This document shows, piece after piece, positions 61,300-64,000 of a DNA stretch of 64,000 bases (positions are counted from its first letter, which is position 1; every line of letters begins with the position of its first letter). The translations under genes were made by a program, and so were the position numbers. The stretch is from contig DF237189.1 in assembly GCA_000708835.1 (NCBI GenBank), positions 1-64,000 of the forward strand. Reading direction: 5' to 3'. The stretch is from Klebsormidium nitens (taxonomy: Eukaryota; Plantae; Klebsormidiophyceae). Under the pieces are notes generated by a model that searched no databases, had not been told where the DNA came from, and saw nothing but the letters and a program-made list of their open reading frames with translations.

Positions 61300-61890
61300 A
61301 CGGTTGTCGGTACGTACCAGACTTTGATCAGTACGCGAAGGTGACCTCGCAGATCTGCAAGTCATGCAGCCCTCATGAGCAAGAAGGCTGCCACCTAGGT
61401 ACCTAGCTGCCACCTGACAAGGTACCGGGCGACTGCGGTTGTTTTCACCAGTCGCCTAACAGTGTCGAAAAGCGACCACAATGATTCAAGGGGAGCGATG
61501 CTTGTCGCCACGGATACAGCCTGGTTGATTTGGCTGTGCCATGGGTCCCGCATTCCGGGGACGTCCGATGCTGAAGATCACTGGCGGATGTGGTCGGTAC
61601 CGCGGTCCGCGGACAGGGCACTGCGTGAAATCCAGGACCCAGGTTCGCGTCGCTTCAAAGTTCAGTTCTCGATCTAGGTAGGTATGTGTACTCGCTCGGT
61701 ACCTTGGTACAGTACCTAAACACTCATCGACAGGCTCCTGTTTGCCCGGGCTACAGCCTACCGACGCCTACCGTACTGGTACGGGTACGCGGTCGCACGA
61801 ATCTCGAAAGGCCCATCAAGGGGTAGTACCGTAGTAGGTACCTAAGTACCGTTACTTGTACTTTTTGGACCCAGCGCGCGCACAACTGTA
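61300..61890. promoter_or_regulatory. GTAC-dense segment upstream of ELF3
   Basis: 18 GTAC in ~590 bp by manual count (about 2 expected). GGTACGTACC at 61309-61318. A G-box GCCACGTGG lies nearby (~61958). Function not shown. Confidence 0.3.
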
Positions 61891-63577
61891 CTACTAGTGA
61901 GGTCCAAGGGACGATTTACCGATCCGATCATTGTCGGTTGTTTAGATTGTGCTACGTTGCCACGTGGACGCAATCGAATTGTGAACAGCGAAGCACGGGA
62001 TTCGGGAGGTTGCTGATAGGCTGCGCACCGCTCCCACATGGGACGATTGGAGGGGATCATGTAGCAAATCCCGAGATTTGCGAGCCACGCGGATCAAAGG
62101 GATGCATTTTGACTCTTGAGCCTATCACGCGGTAAGATTTTGAACCGTGGATTGGGGCATGGATGATCGGACCGTAGCCACGGTCTGAATTTTTGCAATC
62201 CACAGACCTGAACGCGCGCATTTCACCACTCAGGAGGCGGATGTTCGATCAGACTTGGAGGCAGGCGAGGCGAGAAAGTGGACTCAAAACTCCATGAGAA
62301 ATCAGAGAATACGGACATACTGGTAGTCACATGTGCTCGGTACGACTGCATTTTCGGACGTTCCTGCTTAGCTGCTTGTGTGGTTGGGCCTGCAAAGGTC
62401 CCTTCTGAGTCAGGCAAACTTTTCCTTCGTTAAACGTTTTTGGCAGCTATCAGAGCTGAGGGCATATTGTCTTTCGCTTCCCTTTTGCTTCATTGTTTTG
62501 CATCATTTTAATGCAATTTAGAATAGCAATCCGGGCTCCTCACTACCTCCTCACTATATCCTAAGATACTGTATATCCTACATAATTGTATCCAGCTCCA
62601 GCAGCTCAAGTCGTATCAGCTCCGATTGTCCAGCTCAAGCTGTTGCTAAAACGGCCTTCAACGACGCATATGTCTGACTGTATATCAACTTCCGTTCTTG
62701 GCCTGCCTTAACCTGCCACGTTTGAAGACGGGCCGACCTGCATGGTCTACTTTGCAACACTGACCCTTTCCTGAGTTTCCAGATCAGAAGGCCTCAGTGC
62801 ATCAGTGTTTTCTACCATTTATGACCTTACTACTAGGTACCCACTAGGTACTTACAGACTGAAGTACTACAGCTTGAAGTTGCAGGGCTGGTTTCTGCTG
62901 TGTACCCCGGGAAAGCTACATTTCCTGAGCTGAAAAAGCGGCACGCCACAGCCAAAGTACCGCCTTTGCAGATTGAGATGGCGGGTCGACGTATAGGGAG
63001 TCGATGATTCCCCAACCCAAGAACGCCCGAGTGGCTGAGTCGACTTCGCCAGTATGCAGCGCGTACTACCTTGTAGCAGGTCATTCTCTTGTCTTGTACC
63101 TAAAAATCATTCGAAAGAACACCCAGCTAGCTAATCTGCTTCAGGGATGTACCGTCATTGATCCATAATTTGCGTAGTTGATCACTTTTAGCCACACCGG
63201 ATGATGACGTAATTGCATCCATTATCTACCTCGAATATCATAATATCATGGTCCGGTCTTCACGTGACTTCTCCCTCAGCGGTAGCAAGCCTGCCGAGTA
63301 TCATCTGGCAAGTTCACAACTCGACTTCAAGCAGTATCGTTGTCAACTCTTGCATCAGTCTCAGATTCTAGTTCGATTCGAAACAAGAGGCCCGCCCAAC
63401 CATTTTCACTAGAGGTCAATACTTACTAAGCAAACAAGCCCAAGCCTCAGATAATCAACAGCACTAGTCACCCGAAGCCCAGTGCTAGAGTATGCGCTAC
63501 GTGGGTTGCAATATGCACGGCTCGCAGGCGCTGATGTCAGTTGAGGAGGAAGAAGGAAATTTACACTCAAGGCTGCA

Positions 63578-63890
63578 ATGCCGTGTTGCTTATTTCCAAT
63601 GAACATGGCAAAAGTTCAGAATAATGTGCCGGCCTGCGCTGGCTGTAGACAAGTGGGCCTTAGCGTGTGGCAACCTGACCCTGCGCGGCATGGAGGGATG
63701 CACCATTCCTTTAGTGTTCACGGAAAGGGAACTGTCTCATTGTCCCGCAACCCAAGCCAAGTACGTACAACACGCGTGCACCCGGTTCAATGTCACACCA
63801 GTGGTTCTAATCTGGTAAGCCGCCGGAGCTTCTGGTTACAGACGCGCTGTTTGGCAGTCAGTTCTGAATTGCAAGACACTGCGTGCAGCG
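63578..63890 (+). CDS. Possible first exon (transit-peptide-like) of a gene continuing beyond the window
   Basis: Ser/Arg/Thr-rich, acidic-poor open frame ending at a strong donor GCG|GTGAGT (63890/63891). No recognisable domain. Confidence 0.3.
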
Positions 63891-64000
63891 GTGAGTATGC
63901 TGTTTTGTTACCGGCTTCCGCTCGACGCAGCTCATTGAGTCTTGTCGAAACCTCTGCCCCATTCCTGTTGGTCCAGAAAAGCTGAGAGGCAGGTTTGAAA

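Noticed and set aside
1-64000. CRISPR arrays, rRNA, tRNA, RT/integrase ORFs, giant-virus core genes
   Set aside because: None recognisable by eye; tRNAscan and HMM searches were not run.

Overview
Eukaryotic, intron-rich genomic DNA with a streptophyte (plant-lineage) gene set. A charophyte alga such as Klebsormidium is my inference from gene content and composition, not from a database match. Five conserved spliced genes could be reconstructed exon by exon from GT-AG junctions and motif recognition: PLGG1/LrgB (-), a type II PI4-kinase gamma with a ubiquitin-like domain (+), plastid FtsZ1 (-), a SAD2/importin-7/8-like importin beta (+) and ELF3 (-, interrupted by a probably spurious N-gap). 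The best candidate for an undescribed system lies between the convergent 3' ends of PI4Kgamma and FtsZ1. It is a ~16.3-kb segment (~17020-33289) bounded by decayed ~240-320 bp inverted repeats. It carries two convergent multi-exon orphan genes, a MuDR-like layout. The long + gene has an RRM-like segment, a CCHC knuckle, an 11-Cys cluster and four tandem IPT/TIG domains, but no transposase was recognisable by eye. Other notable signals: introns built from serial duplications of the downstream 3' splice site plus exon start (with mostly synonymous divergence), a 5'-CpG-poor/3'-CpG-rich polarity inside genes, dense GTAC/GGTACGTACC clusters in intergenic DNA, and a triple-nested set of non-autonomous DNA transposons. 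All alignments and counts were done by eye.
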